From: Candidatus Omnitrophota bacterium
Lineage (GTDB): Bacteria > Omnitrophota > Gorgyraeia > Gygaellales > Profunditerraquicolaceae
Reading direction: 5' to 3'
Length of the DNA: 64,000 nt
Assembly: GCA_041662125.1 (NCBI GenBank)
Contig: JBAZTA010000007.1
Location: forward strand, 25,490 to 89,489
Both the position numbers and the translations under genes were made by a program. Under the pieces are notes generated by a model. It had not been told where the DNA came from, did no database searches, and worked only from the letters and a program-made list of their open reading frames with translations. This document shows, piece by piece, positions 1 through 9,305 of the stretch (within the stretch, counting starts at the first letter, position 1; the number at the start of each line of letters is the position of its first letter).

Positions 1-2
1 TC

Positions 3-656
3 ATGCTGAACCGCCAGCAGGTAATGTTTGTTGTTCCTGTTTTGGTCAACGGTAGCCGTATCGGATGGGAAACAATGGTGCCTGACCGTGCGGTTATTCA
101 GAGGTCAGTCCCCCGGATCCGTGATCTTTTGGAAGCCCAAGGCATAGACATGGGTACTTTGTCCGAACGCCAAATCCTGGTTAATGTCAATGAAGCTCCG
201 CGGATGCTGACACAGTGTAATTTTACGCTGCGGCTTAACGGGCAACTGACTGGTTTGGATGCTGAATTGCAGGGAAATGATTTCCTGGAGTTTAATGCGG
301 ACACTCCGACCTATTACCGGATTAAAGATATTATTGACTTGCCTAAAATGCATGATACGATACATGTAATTGTTGATGGTAAAGATATTGATATGGTTTT
401 TGAGGCAGTGCAGGTTTTTATGAATGGCCAGCAGGTCAAACTTGATGAATTCTTGATCGATGGCGCGGATATAAAAGTGTATTATGTGAAGAAAAGGCAG
501 ATCTTGCTTTCTGATATATTTAAGTATATAGATTTTGATCCCTATAAGGGGTTTGGGAAGAAGATCAAGATCCTGGTTAATGACAGTCCGGCGGGATTTG
601 TAACTCCTTTGACTGAAGGGGCTCAGGTTCAGATATTGTTTGAAGACCGGCTTTAG
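3..656 (+). CDS. hypothetical protein, 5'-truncated at window edge
   Basis: Open frame running in from the window edge. No family recognised by eye. Its stop lies ~35 nt before the predicted start of the comFB-like gene, so it is probably co-transcribed with the che genes. Confidence 0.4.
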   Translation: MLNRQQVMFVVPVLVNGSRIGWETMVPDRAVIQRSVPRIRDLLEAQGIDMGTLSERQILVNVNEAPRMLTQCNFTLRLNGQLTGLDAELQGNDFLEFNADTPTYYRIKDIIDLPKMHDTIHVIVDGKDIDMVFEAVQVFMNGQQVKLDEFLIDGADIKVYYVKKRQILLSDIFKYIDFDPYKGFGKKIKILVNDSPAGFVTPLTEGAQVQILFEDRL

Positions 657-690
657 TGTTAATTATAAAGAGGATACAAGGAGGCTTTTT

Positions 691-954
691 ATGCAAGTAC
701 ATAATTATATGGAAGATATTGTTGAAGATGAGCTGGATGAATTATTCTCGGAGATAGAAGATATCTGTAAATGCCAGAAATGCAAGTTTGATATTATGGT
801 TTGGGCTTTGAACAGGCTGCCGCCAAATTATGTCATTACTGATAAAGGCAGGATGTTCACCAAACTCAAGGAACAGGATACGCAGTTCCGCGCGGACGTC
901 GTTAAAGAGATAACAAAAGCGATCTTGTATATTAGCAAGAACCCGCGTCATTAA
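691..954 (+). CDS. ComFB-family protein (small Cys-containing signalling protein)
   Basis: ORF 640-954. The ATG at 691 (MQVHNYMED...) is preceded by AGGAGG. The Cys cluster and the ALNRLPPNY segment (ICKCQKCKFDIMVWALNRLPPNYV) resemble the ComFB domain. The call is by motif only. Confidence 0.55.
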   Translation: MQVHNYMEDIVEDELDELFSEIEDICKCQKCKFDIMVWALNRLPPNYVITDKGRMFTKLKEQDTQFRADVVKEITKAILYISKNPRH

Positions 955-967
955 TTGTATTGTAAAG

Positions 968-1807
968 ATGCAAGACCCACAGGAAGCGGAATATTTAAAA
1001 GATCCGGAGTTTTTAGCGCTCCTTGATTATATTCGGAAACAAAAGGGCATTGACTTAAGTTCATATCGTAAAAGCTTTGTCTTGCGACGCTTGCGCGTGC
1101 GTATGTCGAATCTTAAGCTTGAGCGGTATACGGATTATCAGGGGTATATCCAAAAAACTCCTGAAGAGTTCGGCTTTTTATTGAACACCTTGGGTGTCAA
1201 TGTTACCGAGTTTTTCCGTGACAAGGAAGTCTTTCAGGCGCTGCGCAGCATCGTGATCCCTGAGATCCTTACGCGTAAGGCGCAAAACAATAACCGGTTG
1301 ATCCGTATTTGGTCGGCGGCCTGCGCTACGGGAGAAGAACCGTATTCACTGGCTATTATGTTGAAAGAAGAACTCCTTACCCGGCAAGACTTTTCCTTCA
1401 GGATCATCGCCACGGATATGGATCGGGAAGCATTGGATAAGGCAGCGAAAGCCGAGTATAAGGATAACGAGTTAAAAAAGTTAGATAAGAAAACTCTTGA
1501 TAAATATTTTATCCCAGCTTATAATAACGTTTACAAATTGAAAGATGAAATAAAAGGGCTGGTAAAATTCCAGCAGCACAATTTGATTACCGAGCCCTAT
1601 CTGCAGTTTATGGATTTGATCTGCTGCAGAAATATTATGATTTACCTGACCCGCTACCAGCAGGAAGAGTTTACCCGTAAGTTCTATGATGCGCTTAACG
1701 CGAAGGGGTATTTGGCGGTTGGCAAGGTGGAAAATGTTTGGCAAAAAGATTTGTTCTCGACACTAGAGCCAAACAATCAAAATAAGATTTACCAGAAAAT
1801 CGGATAA
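968..1807 (+). CDS. cheR: chemotaxis protein methyltransferase CheR
   Basis: N-terminal CheR helical domain followed by a SAM-methyltransferase fold (FFRD, IWSAACATGEEPYSLA). Confidence 0.9.
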   Translation: MQDPQEAEYLKDPEFLALLDYIRKQKGIDLSSYRKSFVLRRLRVRMSNLKLERYTDYQGYIQKTPEEFGFLLNTLGVNVTEFFRDKEVFQALRSIVIPEILTRKAQNNNRLIRIWSAACATGEEPYSLAIMLKEELLTRQDFSFRIIATDMDREALDKAAKAEYKDNELKKLDKKTLDKYFIPAYNNVYKLKDEIKGLVKFQQHNLITEPYLQFMDLICCRNIMIYLTRYQQEEFTRKFYDALNAKGYLAVGKVENVWQKDLFSTLEPNNQNKIYQKIG

Positions 1808-1865
1808 GTTTTTTTCCGGAATCTTGTAACAGAAGGTCAAATTAAAAATACAAAGGAGGTAACAG

Positions 1866-2237
1866 ATGGCACGGGTATTAATTGTTGACGACGCGTTGTT
1901 CATGCGTCGGATGCTTTCCGATATTTTAAAGAAGGAAGGTATTGAGATTTGTGGTGAAGCTGAAAACGGCAAAGATGCGATTGATAAATACCAGCAGCTC
2001 AAGCCCGACCTGGTCACTATGGATATTGTTATGCCTAAGGTTGAAGAAATCGACGGCATTGGCGCGGTCAAAGAGATTATGAAAGTAGATTCACAGGCAA
2101 AGATCATTATGGTTTCGGCTATGGGGCAGCATTCGTTAGTTGTTGAGGCTATCCAGGCAGGCGCTAAAGATTTTGTAACAAAACCTTTTCAACCTTCACG
2201 CGTTGTGGAGGCATTAAAAAGAGTTTTAGGAGGATAG
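1866..2237 (+). CDS. cheY: chemotaxis response regulator CheY
   Basis: Single REC domain (LIVDD...DLVTMDIVMP...KDFVTKPF). AGGAGG lies 8 nt upstream of the ATG. Confidence 0.9.
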   Translation: MARVLIVDDALFMRRMLSDILKKEGIEICGEAENGKDAIDKYQQLKPDLVTMDIVMPKVEEIDGIGAVKEIMKVDSQAKIIMVSAMGQHSLVVEAIQAGAKDFVTKPFQPSRVVEALKRVLGG

Positions 2238-2250
2238 GGGTACGATTATC

Positions 2251-2739
2251 ATGGAAGTAAAAACCATTGAAGTAAATATGGCTCAAATGGAAATATCGGA
2301 TGCCCCGGCAAAATTGATTACCCGGGGGCTTGGCTCTTGTTTAGGTATTACCATGTATGATGCGTCCAGGAAGATCGGCGTGATGGCTCATCCTATGCTT
2401 CCGGATATTGAGAAAGCTAGAATTAAATCAAATCCCAGCCGATTTGTCAATTCTGCTATTACCAGGATGGTTGAAGAACTAGAGAAGCGCGGCGTACAGC
2501 GAGATTCAATTGTTACCAAGCTTTTTGGCGGAGCGCATATGTTCGGGTTTATTGCTTCCGATAGTATCCTCAATGTCGGCCAAAAGAACCTTGAGGTCGC
2601 GGTGGCTACGCTTAAAACTCTTGATATAAAGATCGAAGCCCAGGAAACGGGGGGGAGTTTCGGGAGGACGATCGAACTGAACTTGGAAGATGGCAAAGTA
2701 TTGGTTAAAACGGTTTCTTGGGGAGAGAAAGAAGTATAA
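2251..2739 (+). CDS. cheD: chemoreceptor glutamine deamidase CheD
   Basis: CheD-like sequence with the GLGSCLGIT catalytic Cys region, in che-operon context. Confidence 0.85.
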   Translation: MEVKTIEVNMAQMEISDAPAKLITRGLGSCLGITMYDASRKIGVMAHPMLPDIEKARIKSNPSRFVNSAITRMVEELEKRGVQRDSIVTKLFGGAHMFGFIASDSILNVGQKNLEVAVATLKTLDIKIEAQETGGSFGRTIELNLEDGKVLVKTVSWGEKEV

Positions 2740-3782
2740 TGGAAAAGAAAATTCGTGTCTTAATCGTAGATGATTCATTTTTAATGCGCCAGATCATCGC
2801 CGATATTATTGAGAGCGATCCGGCTTTAGAAATAATCGGGAAAGCAAAAGACGGTAAAGAGGCTTTAGAAAAAATATATGAGCTCAAACCCGATGTTATT
2901 ACTTTGGATATAAACCTGCCTTTCCTGGATGGTTTAAGTGTCCTTGAAGAAGTAATGAAAAAACAGCCTTCTCGCGTTATCATGGTCTCAGCGTATACCC
3001 GGGCGGGCGCGACCGCGACGCTGCGAGCGCTGGAGTTAGGGGCCCTTGATTTTGTTGCCAAACCATCCGGCGAGATATCGTTAGATATTAATAAGCTTAA
3101 AGACGAGATTATCGCGAAGATTAAATTAGCTGCCAAAGTTGAGATAGCAAAATTTTCTTCACGAGAACAATTTAAAGTGGATATTTTGGGTGAGGCCGTA
3201 AAACCAATTGCGTTTAAGAAGTTGGTTTTGATAGCGGCTTCGACCGGTGGCCCGAAGGCGGTGCTTGACGTTATGCGGGAAATTCCTGCGAATGTCCCTG
3301 CAGTTTTCTTAATAGTCCAGCATATGCCTCTGGGGTTTACCTTGAGTTTTGCTGAAAGGATATCCTGGCAATCAAAGATTAAGGCTAAAGAGGCTGAGGA
3401 GGGGGACCTCCTCGTTGCCGGAAAAGCATTCGTTGCTCCGGCAGGCTCTCATATGGGCCTTGAGAATGAAAAAGGGGTTCTGAAAATAAAATTAAACCAG
3501 GGGCCGCTCGTGAATTTTGTCCGTCCGGCAGCAGATGTGACTATGTTGTCGGTAGTTGAGAATTATGATTGCAAGAACGTTATTACGGTGGTTTTGACCG
3601 GGATGGGCAAAGATGGTTTGGAAGGGGTAAGAAAAATAAAAGAAAAAGGCGGGACAGTCATCATTCAAGATGAGAAGACATCAGTTGTCTGGGGTATGCC
3701 GAAAGTTATTTATGATGCCGGTTTGTCTGACGCGGTGTTGCCTGTTTTTGATATCTCGAAAGCGATCTTAGAGAAAATATAA
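2739..3782 (+). CDS. cheB: protein-glutamate methylesterase CheB (REC + methylesterase)
   Basis: N-terminal REC domain (IRVLIVDDS...DVITLDINLP) plus a CheB methylesterase domain (STGGP, GMGKDG). The ATG at 2739 overlaps the cheD stop (TAATG). The TTG at 2718 used by the ORF track is less likely. Confidence 0.9.
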   Translation: MEKKIRVLIVDDSFLMRQIIADIIESDPALEIIGKAKDGKEALEKIYELKPDVITLDINLPFLDGLSVLEEVMKKQPSRVIMVSAYTRAGATATLRALELGALDFVAKPSGEISLDINKLKDEIIAKIKLAAKVEIAKFSSREQFKVDILGEAVKPIAFKKLVLIAASTGGPKAVLDVMREIPANVPAVFLIVQHMPLGFTLSFAERISWQSKIKAKEAEEGDLLVAGKAFVAPAGSHMGLENEKGVLKIKLNQGPLVNFVRPAADVTMLSVVENYDCKNVITVVLTGMGKDGLEGVRKIKEKGGTVIIQDEKTSVVWGMPKVIYDAGLSDAVLPVFDISKAILEKI

Positions 3783-3803
3783 TGGATAAAAAAGGAATTG
3801 GTT

Positions 3804-4415
3804 ATGGATAAAAAGTTTTCTTTAGCTCAGATGGACTTGATAAAAGAAATTGGCACTATTGGTGCTGCCAATGCCGCCACTGCCCTGGCTGATTTGATCG
3901 CTGAGAAAGTCGAGATCACTGTCCCTGAGGTTAGTATGGTTCCTCTGGAGCAGATTTATACATTATTAGGGGGGATGGACCGGCTGTTTTTTGTTTTAGA
4001 TATGGAGATTAAAGGGGATATTTATGGAAGGATATTTCTCTTGTTTTCTCCGAATGACGCACGGCTTTTATCCAGCAGCCTCCTGGGTTTACCGAAAGAT
4101 CAGATCGATTTTAATGATTCGTTGTTCCAGTCGTCCTTAAAGGAATCCGCGAATATTTTAGGCGGATCATATTTGTCCGCGCTGGCTGACATGGTCCATC
4201 AAAATATCCTCACCTCGATCCCTTCATTAGCCATGGATATGGTGGGAGCGATCCTGGACTTTATTTTTATCCAGATCGCGCAGTATTCGGAAGAAGCGAT
4301 TGTGATTAAGACCGATATGAAAGTAAAAGGCTTAAACCTTGAAGGCCTCTTTTTATTGTTCCCCTCAACGGATTCGTTGCTGAAGATTTTTGATATACTA
4401 GGGTTAAAAGAGTAG
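3804..4415 (+). CDS. cheC: CheC-family CheY-P phosphatase
   Basis: CheC/CheX/FliY-type motif DLIKEIGTIGAANAATALADL, about 200 aa. The ATG at 3804 has AAGGA upstream. The ORF track starts at the TTG at 3798. Confidence 0.75.
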   Translation: MDKKFSLAQMDLIKEIGTIGAANAATALADLIAEKVEITVPEVSMVPLEQIYTLLGGMDRLFFVLDMEIKGDIYGRIFLLFSPNDARLLSSSLLGLPKDQIDFNDSLFQSSLKESANILGGSYLSALADMVHQNILTSIPSLAMDMVGAILDFIFIQIAQYSEEAIVIKTDMKVKGLNLEGLFLLFPSTDSLLKIFDILGLKE

Positions 4416-4450
4416 CTATTTCCATTGGTTTATAACAGGGGGTGAGTTTC

Positions 4451-4966
4451 ATGGCTGAGAGTAAATTAAAAGAATACCAGTTGGTTGTTTTCACGATCGG
4501 GGAAGAAGAATTTGGCGTTGATATAAGCCAGGTGCGGGAAATTGTCCGGGTGCTGCAAATCACCTATTTGCCTAAGGCTCCTGTTTTTATTGAAGGTGTC
4601 GTCAATTTGCGCGGCCAGGTAGTTGCTGTTATCGATTTGGCGAAAAGACTGGGTATTGCCGCTAAGGAGCGCGGGGAGCGGACCCGTATCGTTATCGTCG
4701 AATTTGGCGATAATACCGTAGGGATGATCGTGGATTCGGTTTCAGAAGTATTGCGGTTATCTTCAGAATTTGTTGAAGACGTCCCTTCGTTGGTCATGAC
4801 GGAGATACCGGAACATTATATTTGGGGTGTCGGGAAATTAAAAGACAGGCTCTTGATCCTTTTAGACCTTAAGAGCGTTTTAAGCCCCGAAGAAGTGCAG
4901 CATGTTGAACGGGTAAAAGGTGTTGCCGGGTCTGTGCTGAAAGATAGTAAAGATAAAGAAAACTAA
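4451..4966 (+). CDS. cheW: chemotaxis coupling protein CheW
   Basis: CheW domain (FGVDISQVREIV...VVNLRGQVVAVIDL). The ATG at 4451 is preferred over the GTG at 4442. Confidence 0.9.
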   Translation: MAESKLKEYQLVVFTIGEEEFGVDISQVREIVRVLQITYLPKAPVFIEGVVNLRGQVVAVIDLAKRLGIAAKERGERTRIVIVEFGDNTVGMIVDSVSEVLRLSSEFVEDVPSLVMTEIPEHYIWGVGKLKDRLLILLDLKSVLSPEEVQHVERVKGVAGSVLKDSKDKEN

Positions 4967-5089
4967 ATTCCGTCTGCTTGTTTAAGATTTATTTCCAGCC
5001 TTTGTTATCAAGCGAAAGTGTTAATTCTTAATATTCATTTAACACAAATCAATAATCGTTTACAAAATTACCTATAGCCCGGAGGGTGC

Positions 5090-6763
5090 ATGAATCCCGT
5101 GAAAGGCTTCAGTATGAAGCTGAAGATGATGGTTTTTTTCCTGGGAGTCGTTTTGTTTATTACGGTTTTAGCGTTGGCGGTTGTCGGCTATAGCATGCGC
5201 TCCCAGCTTCTTTTGATGCAGCAATCAGTGGCACGAGAGACAGCGTCAAGTTTAGCAATTTCATGCAAGGATTTTTTAGAGGCTGGCGCCATAGACCGGG
5301 TTTCTCGTGTGTTTGAAGAATTACGCGGCAGGAATTTCGAAATTGAATACATTATTCTGCTTGAGAAAGAAGGGTTGGTGTTGGTTTCTACGCAGCGGGA
5401 TTTAGAAGGTAAATACCTGAATCAAACAGCGGCACAGAAGCGTTGCCTTAAGGCTAAAAGCCTTTTTATCCTTAAACAGCCTGATCGTAAAAGTGTTTTT
5501 GAGGCTGTTATGCCCGTTATTTCAGGCTCTCAGGTTATTGGTATATTGAGAGTAGGATTTACAGATAAGTATATTATTTCGGATATTACCGGCATTATTA
5601 TGTTGGCTGGTTTTTTGTGTGCCTTAGTTTTGATCGGCGGCGGGTTCATATATAAATTTTTCCTTGAAAAACATATCTTACGCCCTTTATCCGCATTTAT
5701 GCTTATGGCTCAAAAGATTTCTTCCGGCGACCTTTCCTTTGGTTCTCTTGAGATCAAAGGCGATGATGAGATATTTGAGTTGTCAGCAGCATTTGCAAAA
5801 ATGTCTCAAGGGTTGCGTGATATGATCGCCCAGATTGGCGGAATTGCGGATAAGGTGGCTTTTTCTTTGCAGGAGACAACACATACTATTCAGGAAATGA
5901 ATTCGTCAACTCAAGAAGTCGCTTATTCTGTGGCCCAGGTGAGTAAAGGCGCAAATGCTCAGGCACAGCAGATTGACGGGGTATTTGAGACTATAGGCCG
6001 GGCAGCAGAGAGCCTTAAAGATGTGGTCAAAGATGCTCAAATGGCCCATACGGCTGTAAGCCAGACAACAGCTGGCGCGGAAAGCGCGCGTATCGCTGCT
6101 TTGGAAACAGAAGAAAGAATCAACCACTTGTCAAATACGGTCTTAGAAACAACTTCGGTTATTCAGGGGCTGGGGAAGACTTCGCAGCAGATAGGAGAGA
6201 TTACCGAGACTATAACTTCCATTGCTGACCAGACAAATCTTTTGGCGCTTAATGCGGCAATAGAGGCTGCCAGGGCAGGAGACGCAGGAAGAGGGTTTGC
6301 GGTGGTTGCTGAAGAGGTTAGAAAGCTTGCTGAGGGTGCTGCTGAAGCTGTGCGTAAGATCGGAGGGTTAATTACTTTGATCCAGGAAGAGACTAATCGA
6401 GCGGTTCATTCAATTGAGACCAGTTCAAAAGAAGTTCAGGGAGGTAAGGTTCAGGTAGCTAAAATAACAGAGATTTTAGGGGAGATTAATAAGGTTGCCC
6501 AGGAGGCTACCGTGTTTGTTAATCATATTGCTACTACTGGCCAGGATAGTGTCTCTGAAGTAGAGGGCGTAGTAAAGGTAATAAGTGAAGTTACGAAGAT
6601 AGCCAGAGAATCAGCAACCGCGATAGAGCATGTCTCGGCAAGCACTCAGGAACAAACCGCTTCTATGCAGGAAGTGGCTGCTTCAAGCCAGGAGGTTGCG
6701 CGTTTGGCCACAGAATTAAAGGACACGGTAAAAAAATTCAAACTACAGGATACGTCAGCATAA
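5090..6763 (+). CDS. methyl-accepting chemotaxis protein (2 TM, HAMP, MCP signalling domain)
   Basis: Two TM segments, a HAMP domain, and the highly conserved MCP hairpin [40 protein letters not shown] lies before the ATG. Confidence 0.9.
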   Translation: MNPVKGFSMKLKMMVFFLGVVLFITVLALAVVGYSMRSQLLLMQQSVARETASSLAISCKDFLEAGAIDRVSRVFEELRGRNFEIEYIILLEKEGLVLVSTQRDLEGKYLNQTAAQKRCLKAKSLFILKQPDRKSVFEAVMPVISGSQVIGILRVGFTDKYIISDITGIIMLAGFLCALVLIGGGFIYKFFLEKHILRPLSAFMLMAQKISSGDLSFGSLEIKGDDEIFELSAAFAKMSQGLRDMIAQIGGIADKVAFSLQETTHTIQEMNSSTQEVAYSVAQVSKGANAQAQQIDGVFETIGRAAESLKDVVKDAQMAHTAVSQTTAGAESARIAALETEERINHLSNTVLETTSVIQGLGKTSQQIGEITETITSIADQTNLLALNAAIEAARAGDAGRGFAVVAEEVRKLAEGAAEAVRKIGGLITLIQEETNRAVHSIETSSKEVQGGKVQVAKITEILGEINKVAQEATVFVNHIATTGQDSVSEVEGVVKVISEVTKIARESATAIEHVSASTQEQTASMQEVAASSQEVARLATELKDTVKKFKLQDTSA

Positions 6764-7362
6764 AAATAATAGAGATGATGAGATCCCCATATTCCCCGAG
6801 TTCCGGTTCCCCAGTTCACCACGTAACTATATAGCTACTCAATTTAATTTCACTTCTGTCAAACTTTCGCTATAACATGTTATCCTGCTATTGGTTATGT
6901 GTATTTCTAGCCCTTCGCCTTCAGGTCAGGGGTAATTAGTGTAGGGCTTTTGTGATAAGTAGTTCTCTGCGCCGCTACTGCGGCAACCTTGATTATACCT
7001 ATATATAGGAATACCTCTAAGCCAAGGTGCCAACGCAATTCCGCGGCAGAAAGCCGCGTACCGGCGCAATACCAATCTGCGCCGGGTGCTCTTAAGCGTT
7101 GGGTATAGCAGTTAGTGAGCCTTTCTTCTAAAAAACCACTTAATTGTTACTCTCCTTATTTTCTTTAGATTTCTCTACTTAGGTTATTATTTTATGACAT
7201 TTTTTCCTAACTAATTATTCTCATAGGATTTATGTATTTTTGTTGGTAATAAGAATTACGATAAATATCCGTCGATATGACATGGTGTTCTTTCTTGCTT
7301 CAACCCTCAAATATGTCGGATTGTATGGATGCCCTTGTGGGTAAAAAAAGTTTAAAAAAACA

Positions 7363-7390
7363 CTTGACAAGAATAGTCCTGTGCATATAA
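7363..7390 (+). promoter_or_regulatory. near-consensus sigma70 promoter (TTGACA-N16-TATAAT) with upstream A-tract
   Basis: TTGACA at 7363-7368 and TATAAT at 7385-7390. An A-rich UP-like element taaaaaaagtttaaaaaaac lies immediately upstream. It would drive a ~260-nt leader in front of the 7660 gene. Confidence 0.45.
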
Positions 7391-7659
7391 TAGTGCATAA
7401 GCTGTGGAAAAGATGTAGATAAGCTGTATATAGGTTGTTGATTAGTTGTGCGTTACTTTGATTGTTTTGCAGTCAATCTCTGGGAAGTTGGCTGTTGTAA
7501 AGGTGAAACCTAGAATTTGCGTTCTTTTTCAGGTTGGGCATAATAATCAATTCTTCATTAAAGTGTTTTTTCCTGCCCAAAAGCCTGTTAGATGAATAGC
7601 GGGCAAGCAGGAATTCGTAAAGCAAATTCTTAGGTTAACTAACAATAAGGAGGTGCGTA

Positions 7660-9051
7660 ATGAGTAAGAAATACTGGCTTTGTCTTATTGCTTTTGCGCT
7701 GGTAGGTATTATGGCCGCTTCGCCTGTTTTTGCTGAAGTGACATTCAAATGGGGGCCGTATTTGCGCGTTCGGCATGAGTTTTGGAGAAACTGGAGTGAT
7801 ATGACTAATGGTAACGTAAGTGCTACCCCGACAAGCGATAATCGTAATTTCTTCAGAATCAAGACATCATTGTGGGGGCAGGCGAATGTTACTAAAAGCC
7901 TTACCCTTTATGGTAAATTGACCAATGAAAGCAGGTCGTATACTTTTTATCACCAGTCTTCAGGGGATAAGAAAAAAGGCTTCCATTACGATGTTAATGA
8001 AGTGGTATTTGATAATCTTTATTTCGATGTTAAGAACTTCGGGGAAATGCCGGTTGATGTAAGGGTTGGGCGTCAGGATCTTATCGGGCAGTATGGTGAA
8101 GGCTTTTTGATCTCCGATGGAACTCCTCAGGATGGATCAAGAACGACCTTTTTTGACGCGATTAAAGCTTCTTGGAAGATCAATAAGAAGAATACGCTTG
8201 ATTTCATCTATCTTTCTGATGACGCAACTGATGAAAAATTCCCTGTGATTAACCGTCTTGACGGTAAAGGGCTTCCTGCGGGAACAACGGGCGCAGAACA
8301 GCAGCTGAACCTTGGGGATGAAACAGGTTTTATTGCTTATCTTAAGAGTGATCCCACAAAGAAGCTGCATTTGGAAAATTATTACATGTATAAAGCTGAA
8401 GAGGGTGGTATCGGCACTAAGCTTGGCGCTAAGAAAGCAAGCTTAAGTACGGTAGGTACCTATGCGAAATATACTCTTGCCCCCTGGACTTTTAAAGGGC
8501 AACTCGCATCCCAGTTTGGCAGATATGGCGATGAGGCACGCAGGGCTATGGGTGGGTATGGGTTCGTTACCCGCGACTTTAAGAAGGCGATGTTCTCACC
8601 CGTTCTCAATGCCGGTTATATGTATTTGTCCGGAGATGACCGTGATTCATCAACCAATGAATCCTGGGATCCTTTGTTTTCCCGTTGGCCGATCATGTCA
8701 GATGTTTATTCCGAACTGTATTACCTGACATATAATAACGAAGCAGGCGCTCTTGGTTATTGGACAAATCTACAGTTGTATAAAATCGGTTTGTCTCTGG
8801 TTCCTACAAAGAAGACAAAATTGAGTCTTGCGTATTATATTTTAAGAGCTAATGAAACGATTGCTCCGACAAGCGATACCTTTGGTACCGGGAAAAACAG
8901 GGGTATGCTTACTCAGGCAAAGTTCGATTATACCTTTAATAAGAATCTTTCTGCGTATGTCATGGGTGAATATTTGCATGCCGGTGATTTTTATGTGGCC
9001 AGCGCAGATGATGCCTGTTTCTTAAGGACGCAGGTTGAAATGAAATTCTAA
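7660..9051 (+). CDS. putative outer-membrane beta-barrel protein (porin/exporter-like)
   Basis: Signal peptide (MSKKYWLCLIAFALVGIMAASPVFA). Composition is rich in alternating aromatic and hydrophilic beta strands, and the C-terminus ends in ...EMKF (terminal Phe). A strong RBS AAGGAGG is present. Confidence 0.55.
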   Translation: MSKKYWLCLIAFALVGIMAASPVFAEVTFKWGPYLRVRHEFWRNWSDMTNGNVSATPTSDNRNFFRIKTSLWGQANVTKSLTLYGKLTNESRSYTFYHQSSGDKKKGFHYDVNEVVFDNLYFDVKNFGEMPVDVRVGRQDLIGQYGEGFLISDGTPQDGSRTTFFDAIKASWKINKKNTLDFIYLSDDATDEKFPVINRLDGKGLPAGTTGAEQQLNLGDETGFIAYLKSDPTKKLHLENYYMYKAEEGGIGTKLGAKKASLSTVGTYAKYTLAPWTFKGQLASQFGRYGDEARRAMGGYGFVTRDFKKAMFSPVLNAGYMYLSGDDRDSSTNESWDPLFSRWPIMSDVYSELYYLTYNNEAGALGYWTNLQLYKIGLSLVPTKKTKLSLAYYILRANETIAPTSDTFGTGKNRGMLTQAKFDYTFNKNLSAYVMGEYLHAGDFYVASADDACFLRTQVEMKF

Positions 9052-9068
9052 AATAATTAGTTTTGGTG

Positions 9069-9103
9069 AGAGGAGAGGATGAGTATATTGTCCTCTCCTC
9101 TCA
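9069..9103 (+). terminator. perfect 12-bp-stem hairpin downstream of the OM protein gene
   Basis: GAGAGGAGAGGA-tgagtatattg-TCCTCTCCTCTC. No clean U-tract follows, so this is a terminator or an RNA-stability hairpin. Confidence 0.45.
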
Positions 9104-9305
9104 TAACAGTGCTGTTGGGTTTTTAAGTTTTCATCGTCAGGCGTAAAGATTTATTAAAAAAATCTTGACAAAAAAATTAAACTCTTTATTATAGAGTTAA
9201 TACAAATGAAAAATCAAAATCCTTATTATAATTTTTGCGGAAGATTTTTTAAAGCGGAAGAAAGGTCACTTTCGCTTTTTTTATTATCATCTAAGGAGGT
9301 GTAGT

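Noticed and set aside
3782-3815. 11-nt direct repeat ATGGATAAAAA at 3782 and 3804 before cheC (possible slippage or frameshift site)
   Set aside because: The first copy opens only a 9-codon frame ending in TAA. It is most simply an intergenic duplication and there is no evidence of a disrupted gene.
7041-7058. 12-mer GCGGCAGAAAGC shared (inverted) with 45441-45452, and CGCAATTCCG shared with 45468-45477, suggesting a dispersed repeat or MITE
   Set aside because: About a hundred or more chance 12-mer matches are expected in 64 kb x 2 strands. The flanks do not extend the similarity.
6990-7110. Possible RNase P RNA: the minus strand reads ...CGCUUAAGAGCACCCGGCGCAG..., reminiscent of the GGUAAGAGCGCACC region of bacterial RNase P
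   Set aside because: The universally conserved P4 elements (GGAAAGUCCGGGCUCC and ACAGAACCCGGCUUA) are absent on either strand. The resemblance covers only ~10 nt.
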